Positions 16,301 to 25,987 of a DNA stretch of 36,480 nucleotides are shown one piece after another; the first letter of the stretch is position 1, and each line of letters opens with the position of its first letter. The stretch is taken from NCBI GenBank assembly GCA_027017505.1, contig JALUQR010000049.1, positions 1-36,480 of the forward strand. The letters run 5' to 3'. The notes under the pieces are model-generated. The model was not told the DNA's origin. It saw only the letters and a program-made list of their open reading frames with translations, and searched no databases. The stretch comes from a bacterium. GTDB lineage: Bacteria > Desulfobacterota > GWC2-55-46 > DRQE01. Position numbers and translations under genes: made by a program.

Positions 16301-19300
16301 AAAGAGGGTGTAACTGCAACATAGAACCTTCAGGATACGGTATAAAGGGGCCGAGACACGACGGAACCAGAAGAACAGAGCGCAGGCTCGGTGCCCTCTC
16401 GCCAGAGTACATAAAGATAGACGAAAGAAGAATTGAAGACCTCATATGCTTTGCAGAAAAGTACGCCACCCTTCTTGTCTATTACAACAGAGAGAACAGG
16501 CCAGATGGCAACTGGCAGGACTTCATATCCACAGACATCTCCACGGTGTTTGCAAGGATAGTCAGGACAAACTACAGGCTCGTGGAAGAGACCTTCAACA
16601 GGTATCTCAAGATACTGGAAGAAGTACCCACTGCAGAAAACTACAAACCCATTTTCGACATAATATTCAGCCTTCTTTTTGAGTTTGAAAGGCTTATGAA
16701 TTATCCGCTCCACCACACCCCGTTCAAAGAGGAACTCCAGGGAGAGATTACAGCAAGACTCAGGTTAGAGCTTGCAACCCTTGTGGGCTACTACCATACA
16801 GGCACCACCCTGGAGCTTGTGGACAAGACAAGGGTGGTGGACTCATCCGAAGATGGCTACAGGTTCTCCCCTGCAGAGGATATACTGCAGAGGGGTTTTT
16901 CCTCTGTGTGGATGGACACAGGGGAAGAAGAAGGTGTGGAAAGCTGGCAGAACTACCTTGAAAGACTCAAGGCCCGTGCCAGCGGACTTGAGAATACCAT
17001 TTACGGAGAGCCCACATGGTGTGCATCGAGGCGTATAGAGTATTCACTGTTTTTTGTAAAGGCACTGTTTAGCCGTGTATACGGGGCTTACATAAGGCTT
17101 TTAACGGGTGCACGCAGGCACCTTGTCCACAGCCTTGAGAACTATCCACGCCACAGGGCACACAACGCACTGCTTCTTGCGTTCTTCAGGCTCTTCTCAT
17201 ACGCACAGGAAGAGCTAAACAGCCTTACAAGAAGACATCTTGAGTTCTACTTCAAGGAGGTTTTAAGACTCAGGGAAAGACCAGAAAGGCCTGACTCTGC
17301 CCATATCGTGGTGGAGCTTGCAAAGCATGTTGACCAGTACATACTCAGGGCAGGAACAGAACTCAAGGCGGGCAAAGACAGAACAGGTAAGGAGCTCATA
17401 TACACGGTTGAAAAAGACATAGTCCTTAACAGGGCAGAGGTTGCAGGCCTTAAAACCCTGTTTGTAGATACACGCAGGGACAGAGAGACAGGGCAGAAGC
17501 TCTTAAACCTCTATACGCATACGGTTACAGTCCCCTCTGAGACCATGTGGAGACCCTTTGGTGAACCCCAGAGGGGGCTCGAGCAGGGCACCATGCAGGA
17601 GGGCTCTGTGGGGTTTGCCATAACTTCGCCCCTTTTAAGGCTTAAGGAAGGAAAGAGAACCATAACCATAGAGTTTGAGCCCTCTGAAGGTAAAGATAAA
17701 CTTGGCTCCTTAAGACAGGAACACTTCAGGGTTGAGCTCAGTGGCAGTGAAGGCTGGATAGAGGCAGAACCCATGGAAGGAACAGTAGAAACCGATGAGG
17801 TGGAAAGAAAGGTAAAGTTCTCCATTAGCACTGAAGATAAACTGGTATTTACCATAACCCTTTCAGAGGGTGCAGAACAGGTGGCAGACTACAATCCTGA
17901 AAAACTCGACGGTGGATACGATACGAAATTCCCTGTTGTAAGGTTTCTTCTTAAAGAGAATGTGCCATCTTCTATTACCACCATAAGGCTTTCCGGGGCA
18001 GAGCTTGAGGTAACGGTAGAGGGGGTTAGAGGGCTTGTTCTGCAGAATGACCAGGGTCTTGTTGACCCCTCTGCCCCTTTCATGCCCTTCGGCACACAGC
18101 CAGTTGCGGGCAACTCCTTTTATATAGGCTCGCAGGAGATATTTTCAAAACCCCTGAAGGAACTCACCCTCAGTATAAGCTGGATGGGGCTTCCACAGGA
18201 GGGCTTCAGACAGTACTACAGTGACTACGGCGAAAGACTGAAGATATACACAAACAGCGACTTTAAGACAAAGGTCCTCTGCCTTAAAGACGGGCTCTGG
18301 AAAGATGAGGATATAAAAAGCGTCTGCTATGGTTCAGAATCAAGGAATGTAACCTGCAGGGAGGGTGGTGTTAGCACAGAGGTTCCCCTGTTTGTGAACG
18401 CAGGATATAGCGATAGACCTGCGGATACAATTGTTATAAGACTTTCGTTCAAAGAAAGATTCGGGGAGTATCCTGAACTTGAGGGGTTCAGCTCTTACAG
18501 GGTTGGTCTTAAAAGGGGCTTTATACGCCTTGAGCTGAGCTCACCCGCAGGTGGATTTGGCCACAGCGTGTATCCACAGGTCTACACAGACTGGATTGTG
18601 GCAAACGGCACAGCCACAGAGCCAGCCCCACAGCCCAACAGGCCATATACACCCACCATAAAGGAGCTTAAGTGCAGATATGTTGCGTGTACAAGGATTG
18701 AGACCGAAAACCACAGGTTCTTCCACATCCACCCGTTTGGCTACCTATTGATAGAGGATGTAAATAACGCCTCGCTTCTTCCAGGGTTTCTATCAGGGCT
18801 TCAGGGTGCACTCTTTGTGGGTCTTAAGAGGGTTCTGCCAGGACAGAGTGTTTCCGTGCTGTTTCAGCTTGCAGAGGGCACAGAGGATAGCTCAATAGAT
18901 GCACAGCCACCTGAGTGGCGCTATCTTGCAACGGATGGACACTGGAGGGAGCTTAAGGATTACATACTTGAGGATACAACGAACAACCTTCTGGCCTCTG
19001 GCATTATAAGGTTCAGCATACCGGAAGATGCATCAACAGAACACACCCTCATGCCCCGTGGTATGGTGTGGTTCAGGGCAGGTATAACCAGAAGTTACAG
19101 GGCATATCCCCTTGTGGTGGATGTGGTTGCACAGGCAGGGGTTGTGACATTCAAGAATACGGGCAATGACCCCGATCATCTTGCGGTGGGTCTTCCTGCC
19201 GGCTCCATAAAGGCACTCTTGAAAAGTGATTCAGCAATAAAAAAGATAACCCAGCCCTATCCATCCTTTGGCGGAAGACTGCGTGAGCCAGCAGAGGACT

Positions 19301-19944
19301 TCTACCACAGGGTAAGTGAAAGACTGAGACACAAAAACCGTGCCATAACAGTGTGGGACTTTGAAAGACTGGTGCTCGAGGAGTTTCCGTTTATCTACAT
19401 GGTAAGATGCCTTCCACATACGGAGAAAGATAACGGGCTTTCTCCAGGTGCGGTAAAGATAGTGGTGGTGCCTGATGTAAGAAAACAGAAGGGAATAGAC
19501 CCGTTCAGACCCACTGTGAGTAACAATAACAGGGAAAGGATAAGGCAGTTTCTCAAGGCCCTCTGCAGTGGGTTTGTAAGGTTGAGTGTGGAAAACCCCC
19601 TTTACATACCTGTGAAGGTAAAGTGCGGTGTGGTGTTCAAAAGCGGGCTGGATGAGAACTACTACACACAAAAGCTCAAGGAAGACCTCAAGAGATTGCT
19701 TGCCCCGTGGGCATTTGACGGAACAGACAGTATACGCTTCGGTGGCTCGGTAGACCAGTCCACAGTGGTGAACTATATGGAAGAGCTTCCCTATGTGGAC
19801 CATGTAATAGATGTGGAGCTCTGTACCACAGGTGAAGGGGCCTTAAAGAGCGGGGAAGGATTATCAGAGGTGAGGGTGTCAAAACCCTGGGCTGTGCTTA
19901 CAACACATACTGACCATGAGGTTACCCCTGGGTGCAAACACTAA
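16297..19944 (+). CDS. large baseplate J-like (gp6/gpJ) wedge protein (Afp11/Pvc11 equivalent)
   Basis: 1215 aa with an ATGA overlap onto gp25. The N-terminal segment (DGT.R..R...AL.PEY.KIDER..EDL..FAEKYA.LL.YY......DG.WQDF) and the C-terminal segment (RHKNRAIT.WDFERLVLEEFP.I..V.C) resemble eCIS Afp11-type proteins. Its position directly after gp25 is canonical. Confidence 0.85.
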   Translation: MKRGCNCNIEPSGYGIKGPRHDGTRRTERRLGALSPEYIKIDERRIEDLICFAEKYATLLVYYNRENRPDGNWQDFISTDISTVFARIVRTNYRLVEETFNRYLKILEEVPTAENYKPIFDIIFSLLFEFERLMNYPLHHTPFKEELQGEITARLRLELATLVGYYHTGTTLELVDKTRVVDSSEDGYRFSPAEDILQRGFSSVWMDTGEEEGVESWQNYLERLKARASGLENTIYGEPTWCASRRIEYSLFFVKALFSRVYGAYIRLLTGARRHLVHSLENYPRHRAHNALLLAFFRLFSYAQEELNSLTRRHLEFYFKEVLRLRERPERPDSAHIVVELAKHVDQYILRAGTELKAGKDRTGKELIYTVEKDIVLNRAEVAGLKTLFVDTRRDRETGQKLLNLYTHTVTVPSETMWRPFGEPQRGLEQGTMQEGSVGFAITSPLLRLKEGKRTITIEFEPSEGKDKLGSLRQEHFRVELSGSEGWIEAEPMEGTVETDEVERKVKFSISTEDKLVFTITLSEGAEQVADYNPEKLDGGYDTKFPVVRFLLKENVPSSITTIRLSGAELEVTVEGVRGLVLQNDQGLVDPSAPFMPFGTQPVAGNSFYIGSQEIFSKPLKELTLSISWMGLPQEGFRQYYSDYGERLKIYTNSDFKTKVLCLKDGLWKDEDIKSVCYGSESRNVTCREGGVSTEVPLFVNAGYSDRPADTIVIRLSFKERFGEYPELEGFSSYRVGLKRGFIRLELSSPAGGFGHSVYPQVYTDWIVANGTATEPAPQPNRPYTPTIKELKCRYVACTRIETENHRFFHIHPFGYLLIEDVNNASLLPGFLSGLQGALFVGLKRVLPGQSVSVLFQLAEGTEDSSIDAQPPEWRYLATDGHWRELKDYILEDTTNNLLASGIIRFSIPEDASTEHTLMPRGMVWFRAGITRSYRAYPLVVDVVAQAGVVTFKNTGNDPDHLAVGLPAGSIKALLKSDSAIKKITQPYPSFGGRLREPAEDFYHRVSERLRHKNRAITVWDFERLVLEEFPFIYMVRCLPHTEKDNGLSPGAVKIVVVPDVRKQKGIDPFRPTVSNNNRERIRQFLKALCSGFVRLSVENPLYIPVKVKCGVVFKSGLDENYYTQKLKEDLKRLLAPWAFDGTDSIRFGGSVDQSTVVNYMEELPYVDHVIDVELCTTGEGALKSGEGLSEVRVSKPWAVLTTHTDHEVTPGCKH

Positions 19945-19966
19945 GACCTGACAGAAAGGAGTCCCC

Positions 19967-22900
19967 ATGCTACCAGAACACCCCACAATAGCCAGAAACA
20001 GAAAACTGCCAGAGGCCATGGACTACAGGTTCCTCAGGCAGAAGGGCATTGAGTACATAACACAGCTTGCCTCCCAGATATGGACAGACCACAACATCCA
20101 TGACCCCGGCATCACCACACTGGAAGTACTCTGCTATGCCATAACAGAGCTTACATACAGAACCAGGTTCAGCACAAGGGACATACTTGCAAGAAAGAAA
20201 GGGGAAAACATAAAGGACTTCTTTACAGCAAGAGAGGTTCTCACATGCAATCCCCTCACACCAGAGGATATAAGGCTTGTAATAATAGACTGCCAGGGTG
20301 TTCAGAACGGCTGGATAGAGGAGTTCAAAGAGCCTGCCTTTTACTACAGGTGCAACCAGGAAGACAGGGGCTACAGGATGAGCGTCACAGAGGAAGAGGG
20401 ATTCAAGGGAAAACCCCTGGGCGGGCTCTACATCGTATCCCTTGAGCTCGAAGAGGACGACGAGCTGGGAGACCTCAACTCAAACATCATGGAATGGCAG
20501 ATAAAAAAAGACAAAGATACCATACCCGTAAGGATTATCACACCCCCTTTTGAGGTGGAGTTTCCGCTTTTCAGGGAGCAGGATAGCATACTCCAGTTAC
20601 TCTACAGGAAAGACGATGTAAAAGGGTTCAGGATAGAGCGTTTTGACGAAGACAAAAACTGGTTTGAGCTCAAGATTGAATTCAACGGGGGTCTGCCCAG
20701 GGCTGTATCCGCAGGACTCTTCAGGGTGCTTCTTCCACCACATATAAGGGTGGATGTCAGGGATGAGCTCAGGGCACTGTTTGAGAATTCAGATGCGGAC
20801 TCCTTCTTTCACCTTTACATAAAAAGGCTTGAGAAGATTCTATCCATCATGAAGGGTGTCTACTGCAGGCTACACAGTTACAGAAACCTCTGTGAGGACT
20901 ATGTAAGGTTCAGGATAGTAAAGAGCCAGGAGGTCTCCATATGTGCGGACATAGAAATCACCCCTCAGGCAGACCCCGAAGAGGTGCTCGCCAGGATATA
21001 CTTCGAGGTGGATAGATTCCTCGCACCTCCTGTAAGGTTCTACTCCCTCAAGGAGATGCTCGAGAAGGGAAAAACAGTGGATGAGATATTCGAGGGCTTT
21101 GTGGGAGACCACGGTTTCGTGGACAGAAGAGAGCTTAAAGACTCTGAACTTAAAGACACGATACATGTGTCAGACCTCTACAGAATTATACTTACCATAG
21201 ATGGTGTTATAGCTGTTAAAGAGCTTGTTGTTACAAACTACATAAACGGTGTGCCAGCGACCAGTGGCGAGAGGTGGTGTGTGAGGCTTGATGGAAAGTA
21301 TCACCTGAATTTAAGGCAGGAGTGGTCAAGGGTTATATTCTACAAAAGGGGTGTGCCCTTCCGTGCTGACACCAAACAGGTGGAGGGTCTTTTCAGACAG
21401 TTCAGGGCAGAATACGCAAGGCCAAAGCTTGCAGGGCCTGCCCCTGACCTGGATGTACCCACGGGAGAAGACCTGCGATTGGACAGATACTGCTCCATAC
21501 AGAATGACTTTCCCCTTGTTTACCACACTGGCAAGGAGGGGCTACCATCCACAATGGATGCGACAAGAAGGGCACAGGCAAAGCAGTTCAAGGCGTTTCT
21601 CATGTTCTTTGACCAGCTCCTTGCAAACTACCTTGCCCAGCTCCACAATGTAAAAAACCTTCTTTCTGTAAGTGCCCCTGTGGAAAGCACCTGTGCGGTA
21701 CAGCCCCTGTACAACAGCCCAGAGGATACCGAGCAGGATGACTTCCCGGGGGTGGAAAACCTTCTTGTGGACTTCATAGAGTTTGTCAGGGACAGGGTGA
21801 GCCCAGAAGAGTTTGAATCACTGGACCTGGATAATCCAGACAGCCTTAAACACTGGTGGCTTGAGTTCAGAAAGGAAGAAAACAGTTATCTGAAAAAACT
21901 GAAGGAATATGCAGAAACAAGACAGAGCTTTCTGGAAAGAAGAAACCGCTTTCTTGACCATCTCATAGCGAGATTTGCAGAGAGTTTTACAGACTATGCC
22001 ATGGTCATGTACACCATTGTTACACAGGCAGGCCACACGGAAAAGCTCAGAATGCTTGAAGAGATGATGAGGGACAAGGAGGACTTTTTAAAAAGCTACC
22101 CAGAGATAAGCAGAGACAGGGCAAGGGCATTCAGGTACAGATGTCTTTCAGACCAGGATGGCCTCTGGAACTCCACCAATGTCGCAGGGCTTAAAAAGAG
22201 GCTTTCAAGACTTCTGGGCATCCAGAACTACCAGCGAAGAACCCTGGGTTACTGCGAGGAGGATGTGAACAGAGACTTCAGGGTGGAACGACGCGGGGAT
22301 AACAGCTACAGGGTAGACCTCCATGTAGACATAGACAGGGATAGACACAGATACAGGGAGCAGGCACTTAAAACAGAAACATACCGTGCAAGAGACCTGA
22401 AAACAGCAAGAAAGAAGGCAAGGGAGCTTATAGAACACATCATATGGCAGGCACCCCTCGGGGAAAACTACAGGATAAGGAAGAACGGAAGGTGGTACAG
22501 GCTTGAGCTTGCAGGCACCGATGGCAGGATACTTGCGTGGTGCAGAAGAAGATTCAAAACAGAAAAAGAGGCCGAAGAATACAGGGACGGAATAATAAAT
22601 TACATCAGGAATAAATACTTCAGAGAGGGGTTTCATATCTTCGAGCACATACTTTTAAGACCTGTGGACAATGTGTCCATAGAACACAGAGATGTGGAAG
22701 AGGGCTTCGTGCAGGAATGCATGGATGAGGAAAACTGCAGATGCCCTGTAAGGGACTTCTATTCGTTCAGAATCACCGTGGTGTTTCCAGCGTGGTCTTT
22801 AAAGTTCAGGGATATGAGGTTTCGTGAGTTTGCAGAAGAACTGGTAAGGCTTGAAACCCCAGCACACATACTGCCAAGGATATGCTGGGTAGGCCCCTGT

Positions 22901-23131
22901 GAGATGAAAGAACTCGAGGAGATATACAGAGAGTGGCTACAGATGGTATCAGAAGAGATTCCAGAAAGAAGGAAGCTTCAGAAAAAAACCATGGAGCTTG
23001 TGCAGAAACTTAACAATCTTACCAGCGTGTATCCAGCTGCAAGACTCAGCGATTGCACTGACCCTGAAAATAAAAACTTTACCATTCTGAATCAAACAAT
23101 AATGGGAACATTAAAAGGAGAAGAGCAATGA
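19967..23131 (+). CDS. large baseplate protein (Afp12/Pvc12-position, gpI-like)
   Basis: 1054 aa. The N-terminus MDYRFLRQKGIEYITQLASQIWTDHNIHDPGITTLEVLCYAITELTYR matches the conserved WTD.N.HDPGIT.LE.LCYA.T.L.YR opening of eCIS Afp12-like proteins as I recall it. Good AAGGAG SD. Confidence 0.75.
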   Translation: MLPEHPTIARNRKLPEAMDYRFLRQKGIEYITQLASQIWTDHNIHDPGITTLEVLCYAITELTYRTRFSTRDILARKKGENIKDFFTAREVLTCNPLTPEDIRLVIIDCQGVQNGWIEEFKEPAFYYRCNQEDRGYRMSVTEEEGFKGKPLGGLYIVSLELEEDDELGDLNSNIMEWQIKKDKDTIPVRIITPPFEVEFPLFREQDSILQLLYRKDDVKGFRIERFDEDKNWFELKIEFNGGLPRAVSAGLFRVLLPPHIRVDVRDELRALFENSDADSFFHLYIKRLEKILSIMKGVYCRLHSYRNLCEDYVRFRIVKSQEVSICADIEITPQADPEEVLARIYFEVDRFLAPPVRFYSLKEMLEKGKTVDEIFEGFVGDHGFVDRRELKDSELKDTIHVSDLYRIILTIDGVIAVKELVVTNYINGVPATSGERWCVRLDGKYHLNLRQEWSRVIFYKRGVPFRADTKQVEGLFRQFRAEYARPKLAGPAPDLDVPTGEDLRLDRYCSIQNDFPLVYHTGKEGLPSTMDATRRAQAKQFKAFLMFFDQLLANYLAQLHNVKNLLSVSAPVESTCAVQPLYNSPEDTEQDDFPGVENLLVDFIEFVRDRVSPEEFESLDLDNPDSLKHWWLEFRKEENSYLKKLKEYAETRQSFLERRNRFLDHLIARFAESFTDYAMVMYTIVTQAGHTEKLRMLEEMMRDKEDFLKSYPEISRDRARAFRYRCLSDQDGLWNSTNVAGLKKRLSRLLGIQNYQRRTLGYCEEDVNRDFRVERRGDNSYRVDLHVDIDRDRHRYREQALKTETYRARDLKTARKKARELIEHIIWQAPLGENYRIRKNGRWYRLELAGTDGRILAWCRRRFKTEKEAEEYRDGIINYIRNKYFREGFHIFEHILLRPVDNVSIEHRDVEEGFVQECMDEENCRCPVRDFYSFRITVVFPAWSLKFRDMRFREFAEELVRLETPAHILPRICWVGPCEMKELEEIYREWLQMVSEEIPERRKLQKKTMELVQKLNNLTSVYPAARLSDCTDPENKNFTILNQTIMGTLKGEEQ

Positions 23132-25980
23132 AAAGACTTGACGAACTTATAACCTCCTACCACATCTTTCAACCAAATCAGCTTCTTTTGAGTGAACAGC
23201 TAAACAACATTGTTGATTACTTAGAGCAACAGGAAAGACTCACACGACAGAAGCTCATAGGCATTGGAATAGTATGCGGGCTTGAGGCAACCAAAGGGTC
23301 ATCAGATGGAGAATACAGCGTGCACATAACAAGGGGTGTGGGTGTGACATCAGAGGGATGGCTCATAGTTCTTCCTGAAGATAAAAACTGCACCCTTGCA
23401 AGCAATGTAACAATCGGCAAAGAGGAATATCCACCACTGGCAGGTATAAAGGAGATTAAAGAGATATTTGACGAAACAGAGCCCCACATACCCGTAAATA
23501 CAGAAAAACTTACAGAAAGAGACCTCGAAGACAAGGTGGTGGTGCTGTATCTTGAGGTTGCGGATAGAGATGTGGCAAAGTGCGTTGTGAACGATTGCGA
23601 TGAAAGGGGCAAGATAAGGCAGTTAAGGGTCAGAAAACTGCTGATAGACGAAGGATACTTTACAGATGGAAGATACAGAAGAAGGACCATAAGAAGAACC
23701 GTGAGAAGAGTCCCGCAGGGTGTGTGCGGTGTTCGTCACATGATATCCGAGCTTCTTGAGGTGGAGATTCCACGATTCCTGCCATCAAATATGAAGACAG
23801 ACAGTGTGTCTGCCTTTGTGGAGGCATACACAGCGGTTATACTTGAAGGTGCCAGAAGGCTTAAGGAGGCATTTATCAGATTGCAGATGCTGTTTGAAAA
23901 TGCTTTTTTAACACATCTGCTGGAAAGGGAAAGGGGTCTCTTCAAGAAACTTGCAAACACACTGGACAGACTAATCGAGTTTGTTAAGGGCTCTCCCGAT
24001 GGAATACAGTACTCTGTGCAGTACATCTACGACTACTTAAGGGATATAAAGAAGGCCTACGATGAGCTTGTTTCAGAATTAAGCAAACTTTCCGCACAGT
24101 GTTCTCCACCCACAGGGCTTTTCCCACAGCATCTGGTGCTCGGAAGACTAAGGGAAAAACACCCCACCATCTTTGACCCCTCAGCCTACAGAAAAGAAAC
24201 AGCAGATACACTCAGAACATGCTTTATTCCCTCACCGGTGCACAACAATCAGGCAGAGGTCTTTGCCAGCATAAGACAGCTTATCGAGAGATTGAGACTC
24301 ATCGTGGGAAGTTTTACCCTTGAAGACCTGTTTGATAAAAGTATGCCCGTAAGGATTATTCCCACCGTGGATTGCTCCAGCGAGCTTGGCAGGCAGGCAA
24401 TCCCATTCTACTACAGTAAAAAACATGTAAGGAAGCTCGCCAGCCTGTGGAACTTTGAGGCAACAATCACAGACAGTGTGGAAGAGAGGGTGCGGGGGTA
24501 TCACCTCATAGAGGAGGGGCGTAATCCCCTTATGGTGGATTTGTGCGGTTATCCAAAGCTCCGCATAGAGGGGCATGTGGGCAAAAGCGTTGACATTGCG
24601 GTGGAAGAGCTCAAGGAGTTGAGAAGTAGATACAATCTGGATTTCGACATACTCACCCTTAAACTCGACGGAGCCCCCAACAGGGTATACCTTCCTGATG
24701 ACACAAAGATAGCAGACCTTCAGACCCTCTACAGTATAGAGAGAAACAGGCTTGTATGCTGTATAGAGGACATGCTCGAGCTTATAAGAGAACAGAAAGA
24801 GAACATATCCCTCATAATGAGATATTTTGCCTACAACCGTGCGCGCAGTACAGAGGGCACTCTCTCCTCAAATGCAATGTATAAGACCACATACGAGACA
24901 ATCAAAACCCGATTCGAAACCCTTTACAGCAGACTTGCCCAGTATGTGGCGGTTCTGCCACCTCATATCAAGGACTTCAATATGAGTGCCCTTAACCTCT
25001 GCCACTGCGATATAGATTCTCTCTGTATGGAGCTCAAGCAGTATGTAAGGGGAGAGGCCCCTGCGTCTGTTTCCTCCAGGGAGGAGACCGCCACCAGCGG
25101 TACGATAGGAATCATAAACAGCAGTATTCCACCTGTTGTAAACACCTTTGAGACATTTCTTGATACCATAAGAGACCGCTGTCTTCTGGCCTCCTTTGGT
25201 TCCATCCTGAAGGGCTTTTTAGAGAGGGTGAAGACCATATCCCTGTTTTCAGGGTTCAACACCGCTGTGCCCGGTATGGAACACATTGCAGGCACCATGT
25301 GGGGAGGCACATTCATACTCGTCTATGAGGAGGTAACAAGGAAAAAACAGGTAACACTTGTAACCACCAGCAGGCGAAAGCCCCTTGCAAATGTGGAATA
25401 CAGGGTATTTGCCGTTAAGGACAACAGGCCAGAAAGACTCATAAAAAGTGGCAGGACAGACAGCAGGGGAGAGGCCAGATTCGAGATGCCCCTGATTCCA
25501 GCGGTTGTATTCTTCTACAAGCAGGGTTATGAGCCCCGCAGGTTAGAGCTTCCAAAAACACAGAAGGTGCTCAAGGTAGAGCTTGACAGGGAAAGACAGG
25601 TTGAGGGCCCGCAGGGTATAAGACCCAGGATAGTCTATTATTACAGAGAGCCCTTTTCCCTGATGATGGCAACACCCCTGTTAATGGAGGTGCTGGATAC
25701 CACAGAACACTATGGAAAGATAGAGTTCGCAACAGGTGAGGACTTTATCGTTGTTGCAGACTTCTATCTGCCCTGCAAGATAAGAGACAGCCATCTTGAG
25801 ATGCCAGAGGTGCCTGCCAGGATGAGGGTCCACTCCATGAGAAACCTCTCAACCCGTATAGAGACCATAGCAGATGCGGTAAAAAGGTTCTTTAAAGAGG
25901 AAAAGAAGAAAAGAAACGACACACTCATCAACAGGGTTTTAAGGAGGGATTCCTCTGGGGAACTCAATCTTTTAAGATAG
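23128..25980 (+). CDS. large eCIS structural protein of uncertain role (Afp13 / tail-fibre position) with a carboxypeptidase-regulatory-like beta-sandwich
   Basis: 950 aa with an ATGA overlap onto the upstream gene. The N-terminus (FQPNQLLLSEQLNNIVDYLEQQERLTRQKLIGIGIVCGLE) recurs in eCIS loci of this architecture, from memory. Residues about 742-809 (VTLVTT..RKPLANVEYRVFAV........KSGRTDSRGEARFEMP......FFYKQGYEPRRLELP) look like a CarboxypepD_reg-type fold. Confidence 0.65.
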   Translation: MKRLDELITSYHIFQPNQLLLSEQLNNIVDYLEQQERLTRQKLIGIGIVCGLEATKGSSDGEYSVHITRGVGVTSEGWLIVLPEDKNCTLASNVTIGKEEYPPLAGIKEIKEIFDETEPHIPVNTEKLTERDLEDKVVVLYLEVADRDVAKCVVNDCDERGKIRQLRVRKLLIDEGYFTDGRYRRRTIRRTVRRVPQGVCGVRHMISELLEVEIPRFLPSNMKTDSVSAFVEAYTAVILEGARRLKEAFIRLQMLFENAFLTHLLERERGLFKKLANTLDRLIEFVKGSPDGIQYSVQYIYDYLRDIKKAYDELVSELSKLSAQCSPPTGLFPQHLVLGRLREKHPTIFDPSAYRKETADTLRTCFIPSPVHNNQAEVFASIRQLIERLRLIVGSFTLEDLFDKSMPVRIIPTVDCSSELGRQAIPFYYSKKHVRKLASLWNFEATITDSVEERVRGYHLIEEGRNPLMVDLCGYPKLRIEGHVGKSVDIAVEELKELRSRYNLDFDILTLKLDGAPNRVYLPDDTKIADLQTLYSIERNRLVCCIEDMLELIREQKENISLIMRYFAYNRARSTEGTLSSNAMYKTTYETIKTRFETLYSRLAQYVAVLPPHIKDFNMSALNLCHCDIDSLCMELKQYVRGEAPASVSSREETATSGTIGIINSSIPPVVNTFETFLDTIRDRCLLASFGSILKGFLERVKTISLFSGFNTAVPGMEHIAGTMWGGTFILVYEEVTRKKQVTLVTTSRRKPLANVEYRVFAVKDNRPERLIKSGRTDSRGEARFEMPLIPAVVFFYKQGYEPRRLELPKTQKVLKVELDRERQVEGPQGIRPRIVYYYREPFSLMMATPLLMEVLDTTEHYGKIEFATGEDFIVVADFYLPCKIRDSHLEMPEVPARMRVHSMRNLSTRIETIADAVKRFFKEEKKKRNDTLINRVLRRDSSGELNLLR

Positions 25981-25987
25981 TGGTTTC

